The notes under the pieces are model-generated. The model had not been told where the DNA came from. It saw only the letters and a list, made by a program, of their open reading frames with translations, and made no database searches. From Torpedo marmorata (lineage: Eukaryota): a stretch of 64,000 nt of DNA. Position 1 is the stretch's first letter, and every line of letters starts with the position of its first letter. The DNA is taken from positions 167,524,001-167,588,000 of the forward strand of contig OZ360225.1 in NCBI GenBank assembly GCA_977017645.1. The letters run 5' to 3'. Shown here in pieces: positions 47,154-59,237 of this stretch. A program made the translations under genes and the position numbers.

Positions 47154-50110
47154 AAAGGTTGGGGGGAGGGAGCAAAATAGTACCGAGCAGTAAGGAGAAG
47201 GTTAGAACAGGGAATGTTTGTAGTCAGAGTTTGAATATGGATGGGCAGGTGATAGAGAAGGTTACTAAAGATAAGGGCAAACAGAGATTAAGAAGTGGGA
47301 AATCTCTGAAATTCATATATTTTAATGCCAGGAGTATTGTAAAAAAGGTGGATGAGCTGAAGGTGTGGATTGATACTTGGAAGTATGAGGTGGTAGCCAT
47401 CAGTGAGACATGGTTGCAGGAGGGATGTGATTGGCAGCTGAATATCCCTGGGTTTCGTTGCTTTAGGTGTGATAGAGTCGGAGGAGCAAGAGGAGGTGGT
47501 GTTGCGTTGCTTGTCAGGGAGAATATTACAGCGGTGCTTAGGCAGGATAGATTAGTGGGCTCGTCCACGGAGGCTATTTGGGTAGAACTGAGAAGTGGAA
47601 AAGGAGAAGTTACACTTGTAGGGGTGTATTATAGACCACCCGGAGGGGACAGAGACCTAGAGGAGCAAATCTGTAGGGAGATAGTGGATATTTGTGATAA
47701 GCACAGGGTTGTGATTGTGGGAGATTTTAATTTTCCACATATAGATTGGGAAACACATTCTGTGAAAGGGCTGGATGGGTTGGAGTTTGTGAAATGTGTG
47801 CAGGATAGTTTTTTACAACAGTATGTAGAGGTACCGACCAGAGAAGGAGCAGTGTTAGATCTACTGTTGGCAAATGAGATAGGTCAAGTGACGGAGGTTT
47901 GTGTTGGCGAGCACTTCGGGTCCAGTGATCATAATGCCATCAGCTTCAATGTCATTATGGAAAGAGATAAGTCAGGGCCAAGGTTTGAGGTTTTTGATTG
48001 GGGAAAAGCTAGATTTGAGGAGATGAGAAGGGACTTACAGGGTGTGCATTGGGACAATTTGTTTTATGGGCAGGATGTAGTAGAGAGATGGAAGTCTTTT
48101 AAAGATCAGATTTTGAGAGTGCAAAAGCTTTATGTTCCTGTTAGGTTAAAAGGAGGGGCAAAAGGTTTGAGAGAGCCGTGGTTTTCGAGGAATATTGGAA
48201 ACTTGGTTTGAAAAAAAAGGGAGGCGTACATTAAGTATAAGAAGCATGGAAAGGAGATGTTTGAAAAATACATTGAATGTAAAAAGAATCTTAAGAGAGG
48301 AATTAGGAAAGCTAAAAGAAGGTATGAAGAGACTATAACAAGCAGGGTGAAAATTAATCCAAAAGGTTTTTACAAATACGTTAATGGTAAAAGGAAAGCG
48401 AGGGACAAAATTGGTCCCTTAGAGAATCAGAGCGGAAAACTGTGTGTGGAGCCTAGAGAAATGGGGGAGATATTGAACAGTTTCTTTTCTTCGGTATTCA
48501 CCAAGGAGAAGGATATTGAGATATGCCAGATAAAAAAAGCAAATTGGATAAATATGGAGAATATAAGGATTACGAAAGATGTAGTGTTAGGGCTTTTGAG
48601 GCATATAAAGGTGGATAAGTCTCCGGGACCCGACGGGATCTTCCCCAGGACCTTGAGAGAAGTAAGCGAAGAAATAGCAGAGGCTCTGACGGTGATTTTC
48701 CAAATGTCATTAGAGATGGGGATAGTGCCGGAGGATTGGCGATTTGCGCATGTGGTTCCGTTATTTAAAAATGGTTCAAGGAGGAAGCCTGGCAATTATC
48801 GGCCTGTAAGTTTGACGTCTGTGGTAGGTAAATTAATGGAGAAAGTTCTCAGAGATAGTACTTACAAATATCTGGATAGACAGGGTCTGATCAGGAACTC
48901 TCAACACGGATTTGTGAGCGGAAGGTCCTGTTTGACCAATCTGATTGAATTTTTTGAAGAGGTGACTAGGAATGTGGATGAGGGTAGCGCGGTGGATGTT
49001 GTCTATATGGACTTCAGTAAGGCCTTCGATAAGGTTCCGCATGGAAGGTTAGTTAGGAAGGTGCAGTCTTTAGGTATAAATTCTGAGATAGTCAAATGGA
49101 TTGAACATTGGCTGGAAGGGAGAGGCCAGAGAGTGGTAGTGGATAATTGTCTGTCAGGTTGGAGGCAGGTGACCAGAGGTGTGCCTCAGGGATCTGTATT
49201 GGGCCCGTTGTTGTTTGTTATATATATCAATGATCTAGATGATGGGGTGGTAAACTGGATTAGTAAATATGCAGATGATACTAAGATAGGTGGAATAGTG
49301 GATAATGAAGAAGGTTTTCAAGGATTGCAGAGGGATTTGGGCTGCTTAGAAAAGTGGGCTGAAAAATGGCAGATGGAGTTTAATGCTGATAAGTGTGAGC
49401 TGCTTCATTTTGGTAGGAAGAATCAGAACAGGACATATGTAGTAAATGGGAGAGCATTGATGAATACAGAAGAGCAGAAAGATTTAGGAATAACGGTGCA
49501 TCGTTCCCTGAAGGTGGAAACTCATGTGAATAGGGTGGTGAAGAAGGCTTTTAGTATGCTGGCCTTCATCAATCATTGCATAGAATATAGGAGTTGGGAA
49601 GTGATGTTGAGATTATATAAGGCTTTGGTGCGGCCTAATTTAGAGTTCTGTGTGCAGTTCTGGTCGCCAAATTATAGGAAGGATATCAACAAGGTGGAGA
49701 GAGTGCAGAGAAGGTTTACCAGAATGTTGCCTGGGTTTAAGAATCTAGAGTACAAGGAGAGATTGAGCAGATTAGGTCTTTATTCTTTGGAGCGTAGAAG
49801 GTTGAGAGGGGATTTGATAGAGGTATTTAAAATTATGAAGGGGATAGACAGAGTGGATGTGGATAGACTATTTCCATTAAGAACAGGAGAGATTGAAACA
49901 AGAGGACATGAGCTAAGAATTAAGGGGCAGAGGTTTAGAGGTAACATGAGGGGGAACTTCTTTACTCAGAGAGTGGTAGCGGTGTGGAATGAGCTTCCGG
50001 GAGAAGTAGTGGCGGCAGAGTCAATTTTATTATTTAAGAAAAAGTTGGACAAGTATATGGATGAGAAGGAAGTGGAGGGTTATGGGCAGGGTGCAGGTAG
50101 GTGGGACTAG
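47129..50110 (+). pseudogene. CR1 ORF2 (APE endonuclease plus RT) with a single in-frame TGA at 48209-48211
   Basis: ORFs 47159-48211 (NARS, SETW, YRPP, GDFN, SDH) and 48257-50110 (KSPGPD, DFSKAFD, PQGSVLGP, YADD) are in the same frame. Confidence 0.93.
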
Positions 50111-50761
50111 ATAGGAATGTTTGGTTCGGTGCGGACTGGAAGGGCCTAATGGCCTGTTTCCGTGCTGTAATTTTTATATTTATATGGTTTATATGACCGT
50201 GTGGAGGCATCCATCTTGAATCCAACAGAGCTGCAACAAACTAGTCTCCGACTCCCTCTAGTGGTTGGGAGGATCTCTAGCACTCTATCACTACAGTCTC
50301 TGCCTCCCCTAGTGGTCGGGAGGATCACTAGCACTATCACTACAGTATGGAGGGCTATGGACTCGGTGCAGATCAGTGTGACTAGGCAAAAAAAATGGTT
50401 CGGCACGGACTAGACGGGCCGATGAGGTCTGTTTCTGTGCTGTAATGTTCTGTGGTTCTATTGTCATTTTTTTCATGCAGGGAAGAACTTGATGAGTGTG
50501 GCTTGACACTCACAATTTCTCTGATAGACATAAAAGCTTAAATTTATCTTTCACAGATCTGGTGATATGAAAATGCCAAGGTTCTACAATTATGAATTTT
50601 TAAGTGATGTCATCTGTTTTAAATTAAAACCACTTTTAATTAGAAACATTAAAGTAAACTAATAATTAAAACAAACTGATTGTTTTAAGATCTTCAAAAC
50701 CATTCCTTTCTTTTCAAGTGAATAGGCTTGTGGATTCTGCATCAGGTCTAAACTGGAACAG

Positions 50762-50899
50762 AAGTAAAACACGAAAATCTGTAGTCACCGTGGTTGAAGT
50801 AAAAAACACAAATGCTGGAGAAACTCAGCAGGTCAAACAGTGTATTTTATGTAGCAAAAGTAGAAATACATAACCGACGTTTCGGGCTTGAGCCCTTCA
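50762..50899 (-). mobile_element. 138-bp Penelope pLTR-only insertion beginning in the hammerhead core
   Basis: 13-bp TSD TAAACTGGAACAG (50749-50761, 50900-50912). Minus strand ATGAAGGGCTCAAGCCCGAAACGTCGGTTATG...GACCTGCTGAGTTTCTCCAGC. Confidence 0.85.
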
Positions 50900-51009
50900 T
50901 AAACTGGAACAGGTTCTGTTTGCAATTTTACCAGCAAAAGTACAGGGGAATTCAACAAGTTCATGGACCATTGCTGGACATCATGCAGAGTTTAATGTTG
51001 GAGCACAGC

Positions 51010-51795
51010 CAGGAAGGGAGATAGATCAGCAAGTTGAGTGGTGTCACAACAACAACCTTGCACTCAACGTTAGCAAAACTAAGGAATTGATTGTGGACTT
51101 CAGGAAGGGGAAAGTAGGAGAACACAAACCAGTCCTCATCGAGGGGTAAGCAGTGGGGAGGTGAAGAACTTCAAATTCCTTGTGTCAAATCTTTGAAGAC
51201 CTATCCTGGGGCCATCATGTTGATGCAATCATGAAAAAAGCATGCCAGAGGCTATATTTCATTGGAGTTTGAGGAGATTTGGTGTGTCACCAAAGACTCT
51301 TGCAAATTCCTGCAGGTGTACCATGGAGAGCATTCTGACTGGTTGCATCACTGTCTGGTATGGAGGTGCCAATGTACAGGACAGAAAAAGGCTATGGAGG
51401 GTTGTAAACATGACCAGTGCCATTAAGGACATTAAGGACATCTTTGAGAGGCGGTGTCTCAAGAAAGCAGTCTCTATCATCATGGACCCTAACCATCCAG
51501 GCCATGCCCTTTTCCCTCTGCTACCATCAGGAAGGAGGTACAGGAGTCTGAGGACGCACACCAATGGTACAAAAACAGCTTCTTTCCTTTACCATCAGAT
51601 TTCTAAACGAACAATGAACCTGTGAACACTACCTCACCTTTTTCTCCTTTTTTTGCACTAAATATTTTTTATTTATCTTGTATTTCCGGAATTGAAATTT
51701 ATAGTAATTTTGCACCTGTAAGCAGAATACTGCTGCTGCAAAACAACAAATTTTGTGACACATGTTCATAACAATAAACCTGATTCTGCTTCTGA
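51010..51795 (+). mobile_element. Rex1/Babar 3' fragment
   Basis: ORF 51242-51625 has ESILTGCITVWYG and [11 protein letters not shown]. Tail AATAAACCTGATTCTGCTTCTGA. Confidence 0.9.
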
Positions 51796-53554
51796 TAATT
51801 GGCAGTTGATGTTAACATAGGAACTTTTTCTTTTAATTCATTCTTAGTTGTGGATTCTTCTCATCACTGGAACTTTAGCATTTATTGCTCCTCTCCAGTG
51901 AGTGATGAAGTTCTTCCTACTTGACTGACCTGTTGCATCTGTAAGGTGAGGGAATGCTAATATTGATGTTCTGGGGAAGCTTCAACATAGCAAGCACACA
52001 GGAAAATGAAAATATATTTGCAAGTGAGAATGTTGTATGACTTGGAGTTCACCTGACAAGTGTTGAAGTACGAAATGACAGTGGGCTTTGTTTTATCAAG
52101 TAGACTGTTTGAGACTCTTTGTGATGTGGTGGTTGCTTTCAGACATTTGGCGCATGGCAGACAGTACAGGCATTGCTTTGGTGTTAGATAGCCGTGTGGT
52201 TCATGGTGGTAGAAATGCAGCAAGCTGAATGAAGTAAAGGTTCTTTTGTGTCTTTGCAGCTGCACTTTAAATGCAAGTAAAGAAAATTCTTAAGTGTCTG
52301 ATGCGGCAGAGAACGTCTCTCACACACCTGAGGTGTGTTATAGATATGGGAACAATGTAGTAAATAAAGAGTTCAGAGCCTCATCCCTAAATATACCGTA
52401 TGTACATGTCGTATAATTAAGTGTATGATCAGTTCTCTTCTACACAAGACAGAAAATTTCTGTTACCACTGCCTTTGAAAATCTGAGCCCCAAAATCTGT
52501 TGCTTCCTGTGCAGATGGAAGTGGGAGCTCAATCCTGGAAGACTCCTGACTTCTAACTCTCCCCTTGTGACTTTCCACTCCACCAATTTTCACAATAGAT
52601 CCCTCTGGATACCAAGATTTTTCAAACACTCACCATTTGAAAATATTCAACGTTTCTATTTTTTTTTCACAATGGAATGAGAGTAGGCTTTTTTCATCCA
52701 TCAACCCAAGCAGAAATGCATTTTTTGGTGGAATAATATGGAAAGTGATATATATTGAAACGTTCATCTTCCACCAGGAAGAACCAGATGACTGAAAGGA
52801 GGGGGGTGAGATTTTTTTCTTTTTGAAGCTTGTTTTATTACTCCTCCTATGATGGCAAGCCTGAGGTCAGTGAACTCAGTTGAACCTAATACGCTATGAA
52901 ACTGTCCCACTTTAACACAAGTCCTGTGGGCAAGAGTCCTTCAACCACCTTAAGGACATGACAAGAATGTATAATGCATAGCAACCACCAGAAACCCATC
53001 AAAGGCATTAACAAGAAAAACAAAGACACTCCCAAATATTTGTGTAGTTAAATTAAGTGGAAAGGAAGTGCCGTGTCCTAGACATCATCACAAGGGGATT
53101 CAGACCAGGAACAGATGACAGACATCAAAACAAAACTGATAAACTCTGAGAGCCCAGGCCAAGGAGATTTCTTTACAAATGATATTAGCTGTAATTAGAT
53201 CTTATTCAAAGTTTTAAGTTCAAAACCCAAATCCCAGGTGTCCAGTTAACACATCGTCAACTAACATTGTAAGCTGATTTCTGCCATTTTTCCAAGCAGG
53301 GTGTTCAATAGATTGACTGCGTTACTAGATTTCCAGCCTTTTCAGTGGTGTCCAGGACAGGATAGATCCAAATAAGTTTACAACCAATGAGCACTGGAGA
53401 AGATTCTTAAGTAATTAAAACAACTAGGAAGGAGCAATCTGATCTGTCCTATTCCCACCTCCCCATTCCATATTTCCTCGTAACCTTGCAACTTGTTCCT
53501 TCTCACACTTGCCCATCAAATCCCCTTCATTCTTTTAGCCATGAATCTAAAATT

Positions 53555-53735
53555 AGTGGCATGGTTAGTACTTTCTGCCCGTGTCTGCGTGGGTTTCCTC
53601 TGGGTGCTCCGGTTTCCTCCCACCCTCCAAAATGTACGGTGTTGATAGATTAATTCGGTGTAATTAGGCGGCATGGGTTTTATGGGGCAGAAGGGCCTTC
53701 TACAGTACTGCATCGTTAAAGTAAAAATAACTATT
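53555..53735 (+). mobile_element. V-SINE-like fragment
   Basis: V-domain GTGTCTGCGTGGGTTTCCTCTGGGTGCTCCGGTTTCCTCCCAC. Same family as 61143. Confidence 0.8.
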
Positions 53736-53749
53736 TAAAAAATTAAATC

Positions 53750-53950
53750 CATGCTGGGGGATTATTTTCAGCGGCTAATTAACCTACCAGCATGTCTTTG
53801 GGATATGAAAATAAAACAGATCAAAACAGATCAGCTGTAGGAAAGACGTATGGTCATGAAAAGAATGTGCAAACTGCACAAACAGCAGCCAAATTCAGAT
53901 TCAAACCCAAAATCCCTGGCAGCAGCTTCTGATTGCTGAGCTACCATCCT
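53750..53950 (-). mobile_element. Older V-SINE-like fragment
   Basis: AATTAACCTACCAGCATGTCTTTGGGA...GAATGTGCAAACTGCACA..GATTCAAACCC, the reverse of a SINE body and B-box. Confidence 0.55.
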
Positions 53951-54179
53951 GTCCGTGGCTGTTAGAAAGCTGCAACAGTTAATGTTCAAGGTTGACACGG
54001 AAAAGAGGGATTTTTTTCTTATTATTTACTCATTCACAGGAGGGCTAGTGTAGTATTTTTCTTAAGTGACCTAGAATTGAGTAGCTTTTGAACCTATTTC
54101 AGAGGCAGAGTCAACCACATAACTATGGGCCTGGAGTCACAAATAAGGCAGATGGGCCGAGAACAGCAGGGAGGAATAG

Positions 54180-54460
54180 ATCAGGGAACATACAGAGTCT
54201 TTTTTCAAGAGCAGGGGAATTAAGAACAAGAGGACATAGGTTTAAGGTGAGGGGGTTGAGACTTAATAGGAGTCTGAGGGGTAACTTTTTTTACACAGAG
54301 GGTTGTGGGTGAATGGATCAAGCTGCCAGAGGAGGTGGTTGAGGCAGATGCTATTGCAACATTTAAGAAACATTTGGATAGATGCATAGATAGGATAGGT
54401 TTGGAGGGATATGAGCCAAACACAGGCAGGTAGGAATAGTGTGGGTAGGACATTTTGATT
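54180..54460 (+). mobile_element. CR1 3' fragment
   Basis: RTRGHRFKV..RGNFF, followed by FKKHLD. Confidence 0.8.
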
Positions 54461-55719
54461 GGTTTCGCTCCCTGATAGACTGTTATAAGTCAGTTAAGCT
54501 TTTAAATAATTTGGAAATTTTGTCGACACCATTACTGATACTAGCTTTCACTAAATCTCTAATTTTCTATTTAGTTGTGGGAATATATATTCCACAGCAT
54601 CTACAACAGGATTTGGAATTTCAAGAGTTTATTATCATATACATTTTCATGTATAAAAGTACAATGTACAGAAGGAATGAAACTTTGGTCAATTACATTG
54701 AATTTTTCAGTGTTCTGCTGAAACATATTTTACAATAGCTTCTAACATTTTCCTCATTACATATGTCAGAAAGACCTGCCTGTAGTTTCTGACTTTTTCC
54801 CTTTATGAATAAAATAATTAGATTTGCTCTTTTCCAATCGAATTGAATCTCCCCAAATCAAATGGATTTTGGAAAATTAAAAACAATGCAAAAGCTATCT
54901 CCTCAGACACTAACTTTTAAGGCCTTAGATTAAGACTGACAGGACCTGGAGACTTGTCAGCCTGCATATCCAACTGTTTAGTTGATATTTTAATAGGGTT
55001 GTTTAAAAAAACCCAAATGCAAACAAAATGGGGGCCTGAGGTTAAAGGCTGAAAAAAGGCAAAACTGAAAGGAAAAAGTAAAGATCCTTTCCTGTGGTGA
55101 GTATTTAATGGCCTGGAAATCTATCCCAGGTGAAGAATGGAGAAAGACTGAGTCCACTATTTGACTCAGTAAACAATGATTTCAATAAAACATAATCAAA
55201 GCGTAGAATGAAAGACTCAAAACGTTCTGTACCACAAGCCTTGCTATAAATTTTTAGGCAGGTATAATATTTTTGTAATATTTACCATTATTAGCTTTGT
55301 GTGCTTGGGTATAATTTTCTCCCCAAATTGTGCAATGATATGTCAGTCATCTCATCCGGTAATTTCCAGGCTTTTCCAGGAATCTATCTGAAGAAAACAA
55401 ACTCCAGTTGCTTGTGTACATAACCAACGCTCTGCAGAATGATTCATGGCTCATGGCCACTCAATACAAATACGCAAAATTCTGTTTGTTTTAGAGATGT
55501 GCTGCCAGCAGTAGTGGCAAAGTTAACACCTTGTTTTTTGCTAAACTGATGCAGGACATGTTCCCCTGTGGCACTCCTGCCAAATACCCACATGCAGGAG
55601 TTGATTGTTTAACTGGGAAGCAATTGGTAAATGACTAGTCAGACTCCATTTGAAAATCTAAACATTTAGGTGCCTAATACACTTATTTTGAATTCTTTAG
55701 AATACTCAGCCTGTGATCT

Positions 55720-56110
55720 GGTCGTGTAGTAGCAGTATTTATATCACTGGTTCAGTTATGTTTCTAATCTATGAAAACCAGGATGTTGGCGATGGGGGAA
55801 TCTGGGGATTGTAATGTTATTAAATGTTAATGAGCTGTGGATGGACTCTGTTTATGGAATGGACATTACATGGCACTTGTTTTGGATGAACATTACTTGT
55901 CTCTATCAGCCCATGCCTGAATCTAGGTCTTGATGCATGCTGGTAAAGACTGGTCCATTTCCTGTGGAGCTGGAAATGGAACCTGTAATACTCCATTTCT
56001 GACATTGTGGTGGAAATAAAGTGACTAGTGAAGCAGTTGACAATGCTTGAGCCTATGACAGTGCCCAAAAGAATTGCTGAGACAATATCTTGGAGTACAG
56101 ATTACCAGTC
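55720..56110 (-). mobile_element. Highly degenerate LINE fragment related to 29380-30000
   Basis: Reverse translation resembles WAD.QVxFxPxKCxVMxI and ILG. Confidence 0.4.
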
Positions 56111-56344
56111 TCCAACAACAGAGCTAGAGATACTTGCTGTAATCTTGTGGCCTGCTGCAAATGGGCATCACTCCCACATGAACCTCAGTTATGATATTGG
56201 CAAGCAATTTGACTTTTGTAGAATCCCATAAAAAAGTCAAGAGCAAGGAAAAATCGATCTTCTCAAATGCTTTTTAGTCTGTATGACTATCTATGACTTT
56301 AGCCTCGGTGAATTCTTTCCAAGCAATTCTTTGTGTTGAGTTAG

Positions 56345-56481
56345 ATTTTTACATTGTAGGGGAATTAAGGGATATGAGGAAAAGGCAGGGAGGTGGAGAT
56401 GAGTCATGATCCCATTGAATGGCAGAACAGACTCGACGGGCCGGATGGCCTACTCCTGCTCCTATTTCTGATGTTCTTATG
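56345..56481 (+). mobile_element. CR1 3' UTR fragment
   Basis: GAATGGCAGAACAGACTCGACGGGCCGGATGGCCTACTCCTGCTCCTATTTCTGATGTTCTTATG. Confidence 0.75.
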
Positions 56482-56863
56482 TTACTTTGGAGATCAAAGA
56501 TTTCTTTTGCCTGGTTTCCCCTTAATAAAGAAAACTATCCAAAAAAAATCTCTAATCTTTAAGTCAATGTTGCAACAATTTATCTCTTTTTAAAGGTGCC
56601 AATTTGGCACTTGTCTATTCTTGCTTTCTCAAAACATCCATACACAGGTGCGTTACAGTGGGGGAGGTGTTGGGGGTTGTGGTGTAACAGAACATCAATC
56701 AGCTGGAGACTGATCTGTTCTCATGGTTTTCCTTATTCTAGGCCATGGAGACCATTTGCAGTTCCCCATCTACAAGAATACACTGGGTGTCAGAATATGT
56801 GAAGTTACATTGTTCTGTGTGTAAGTACAATTTGTGAACATTGAAGATTTTTGTTTGTATTTC

Positions 56864-58410
56864 TCAGAATCAGAATCAGAATTTATTGTCACGAAATTCA
56901 TTATTTTGCGGCAGCATCACAGTGCAAACATTCATATAAACTACCTTATACCTACAAAATAAATAAAAATAGTGCAAGAAAAAGAAAAAATGTCGAAGTG
57001 GGATAGTGTCTGGGTTTATTGTTCATTCAGAAATCTGATGGCAGCGGGGAAGAAGCTGTCCTTGTGCCGCAGAGTGCTTGTCTTCAGGCTCCTGTACCTT
57101 TTTCCTGATGGTAGCAGAGTGAAGAGGGCATGGCCTGGGTGGTGGGGGTCCTTGAGGATAGAGGCTGCTTTCTTAAGACACCGCCTCTTTGTAGATGTCC
57201 TCGATGGAGTGAAGACTGGTGTCCGTGATGTCGCAGGCCGAGCTAACAACCCTCTGGAGTTTTTTCTTGTCCTGAGCGTTGGCACCTCCATACCAGACCG
57301 TGATGCAACCAGCCAGAATGTGTAGCCAGAACCTGTAGAAGTTTTCGAGAGTCTTCGGTGACATACCGAATCTCCTTAAACTCCTCACAAAGTATAGCCA
57401 CTGGTGAGCTTTCTTCGTGATTGCATCAACATGGAGGCTGCAGGACAGATCCTCGGAGATGTTGCCACCAAGGAATTTGAAGTTCTTGACCCTCTCCACT
57501 ACTGAGCCCTCGATGAGGACAGGGTCGTGTTCGCCTGACTTCCTCCTGAAATCCAAAATCATCTCCTTGGTTTTGCTAACGTTGAGTGCAAGGTTGTTGG
57601 TGTGAACCTACTCAACTCGCTGATATATCTCCCTCCTGTACACTTCCTCATTGCCGTTTGTGACTCTGCCGACAACCGTGGTGTCATCGGCAAATTTGTA
57701 GACAGCATTGGAATTGTGCCTGGCCACACAGTCATGGGTATATAGTGAGTAGAGCAGTGGGCCAAGCACGCAACCTTGAGGTGCGCCTGTGTTGATCGTC
57801 AGTGAGGAGGAGACGTTGTTTCCAATTCATACTGACTGTGGTCTTCTACTGAGGAAGTCAAGGATCCAGTTGCAGAGGCATGGTGCAGAGGCCCAGGATT
57901 TGGAGCTTGTTGACCAGCTCTGAGGGAATAATGGTGTTGAAGGCTGAGCTGTAGTCAATGAAGATCAGCCGTATGTATGAGATGCTGTTTTTCCGTGATC
58001 TAGCGCTGAGTAGAGAGCCAGTGATATTGCGACTGCTGTGGAGCAATTGTAACGATAGGTGAATTGCAGTGGGTCCAGCCCTTTGCTTAGGTACGTGTTA
58101 ATTCTGGCCATGACCAACCTCTCAAAGCATTTCATCACAGTAGATGTTAGTGCTACTGGGCGATAGTCATTGAGGCAACTCACTCTGCTCCTCTTGGGAA
58201 CTGGGATGATTAGTGCCCTTTTAAAGCAGATGGGAACCTCCAACTGCAGCAGTGAGAGATTGAAAATGTCTGTGAACACTCCGGCTAGTTGGTTGGCACA
58301 GATTTTCAGTATCTTGTCAGGTACGCCATCAGGGGCTGACGCCTTGTTCACCCTCTTGAATGATGTTCTGACATCAGCTTCAGAGACAGATATCTCAGGG
58401 TCCTCAGCCT
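56864..58410 (-). mobile_element. Rex1/Babar LINE, 5'-truncated
   Basis: ORFs 57965-58450 ([16 protein letters not shown]), 57173-57562 and 57016-57291. (ATTCTG)n tail. Confidence 0.93.
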
Positions 58411-58589
58411 CACTGTGAATACACAATTTGACAAGTAAAACTTTTAGCAAAAAGCAGAGGGGAACGATAGAAGTTGTAGCTAAAAATAAAATAAGGGTGA
58501 ATACAGTGAAACATCATCCTGCCTGCATGTGATGCGAATGAGCTGTCCAACAAAAGAACCCACAATGTGGTATTTGTCTTAAAAACTGT

Positions 58590-59230
58590 CACTATATACA
58601 GCTCAGGAAGATGAACTTCATGCTGACATTGGGTATACACTCTCATCGCCCAGAAAATTAACCATTGAAGAGTAGAAGTGCAAGATCATTCTCACCTGTC
58701 CAATACGCGATTGGGGAGTTGTATCCTAGCTCAATGATACAGTAATCAATTTGTTTTTAAATTTAGAGACACAGCACAGTAACAGGCCCTCCCAGCCCAC
58801 GAGCCTATGCCACCCAAATACACTAATTAACCTGCAAACTCCATATATGAATTATTTATCTTGATATTTAAGATATTTAAGTAAGCTGTACTTTTCCCAG
58901 ATCTTTTGATTTGTTGAAAGGATAACAGCATTTGTTGCAAAATTACTTCTGACATTTTTAGCAAAGTCATGTTGATGCAGAACCTTCTGAAATCACCTGG
59001 GGATGTGATGACTGAGATCTCAGTTTGGGTCAATCTATATGGACCTTGTTTTGCAGATATATGTACAGCACTCCTATTATGACAGCAGGAGCAAGGCATG
59101 GTCCTGTTCGTAAGGCTCAGTTTGAGTCCATCATTTATTGAGTGCTGATTTAAAGCAATGAGATTGAAAATCTTGCCAGAAACAAACTGCAGGTGTTGCA
59201 CTACTGATGACATTATTTGGCAAAACTGCA
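58590..59230 (-). mobile_element. Old RTE-like fragment with a short SINE 3' end inside (~58750-58835)
   Basis: LQFVSGKIFNL resembles RTE DGKLFNL. The SINE piece is the reverse of 61320-61395. Confidence 0.4.
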
Positions 59231-59237
59231 TTCCAAA

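Larger units (their letters stand above)
45177..50192 (+). mobile_element. Full-length, nearly intact CR1 LINE (5.0 kb)
   Basis: Tandem 5' UTR, ORF1, ORF2 and a short 3' UTR with an AT-rich tail. The host LTR resumes at 50193, with a short duplication ATGA at 45173-45176 and 50193-50196. Confidence 0.96.
42184..50344 (-). mobile_element. Gypsy-2: same family as Gypsy-1, lacks RT/RNase H; 5' LTR interrupted by a full-length CR1
   Basis: LTRs at 42184-42356 and 45102-45176 + 50193-50344. TSD GTATG (42178-42182, 50345-50349). PBS TGGTACAAGGAGTG at 45088-45101 and PPT at 42357-42371. gag ORF 44497-44997, protease KLDTG, integrase ORFs 43109-43831 and 42489-43001. Confidence 0.93.

Noticed and set aside
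51800-53550. ORFs 51957-52265 and 52429-52629
   Set aside because: Lengths are consistent with chance and there are no motifs.
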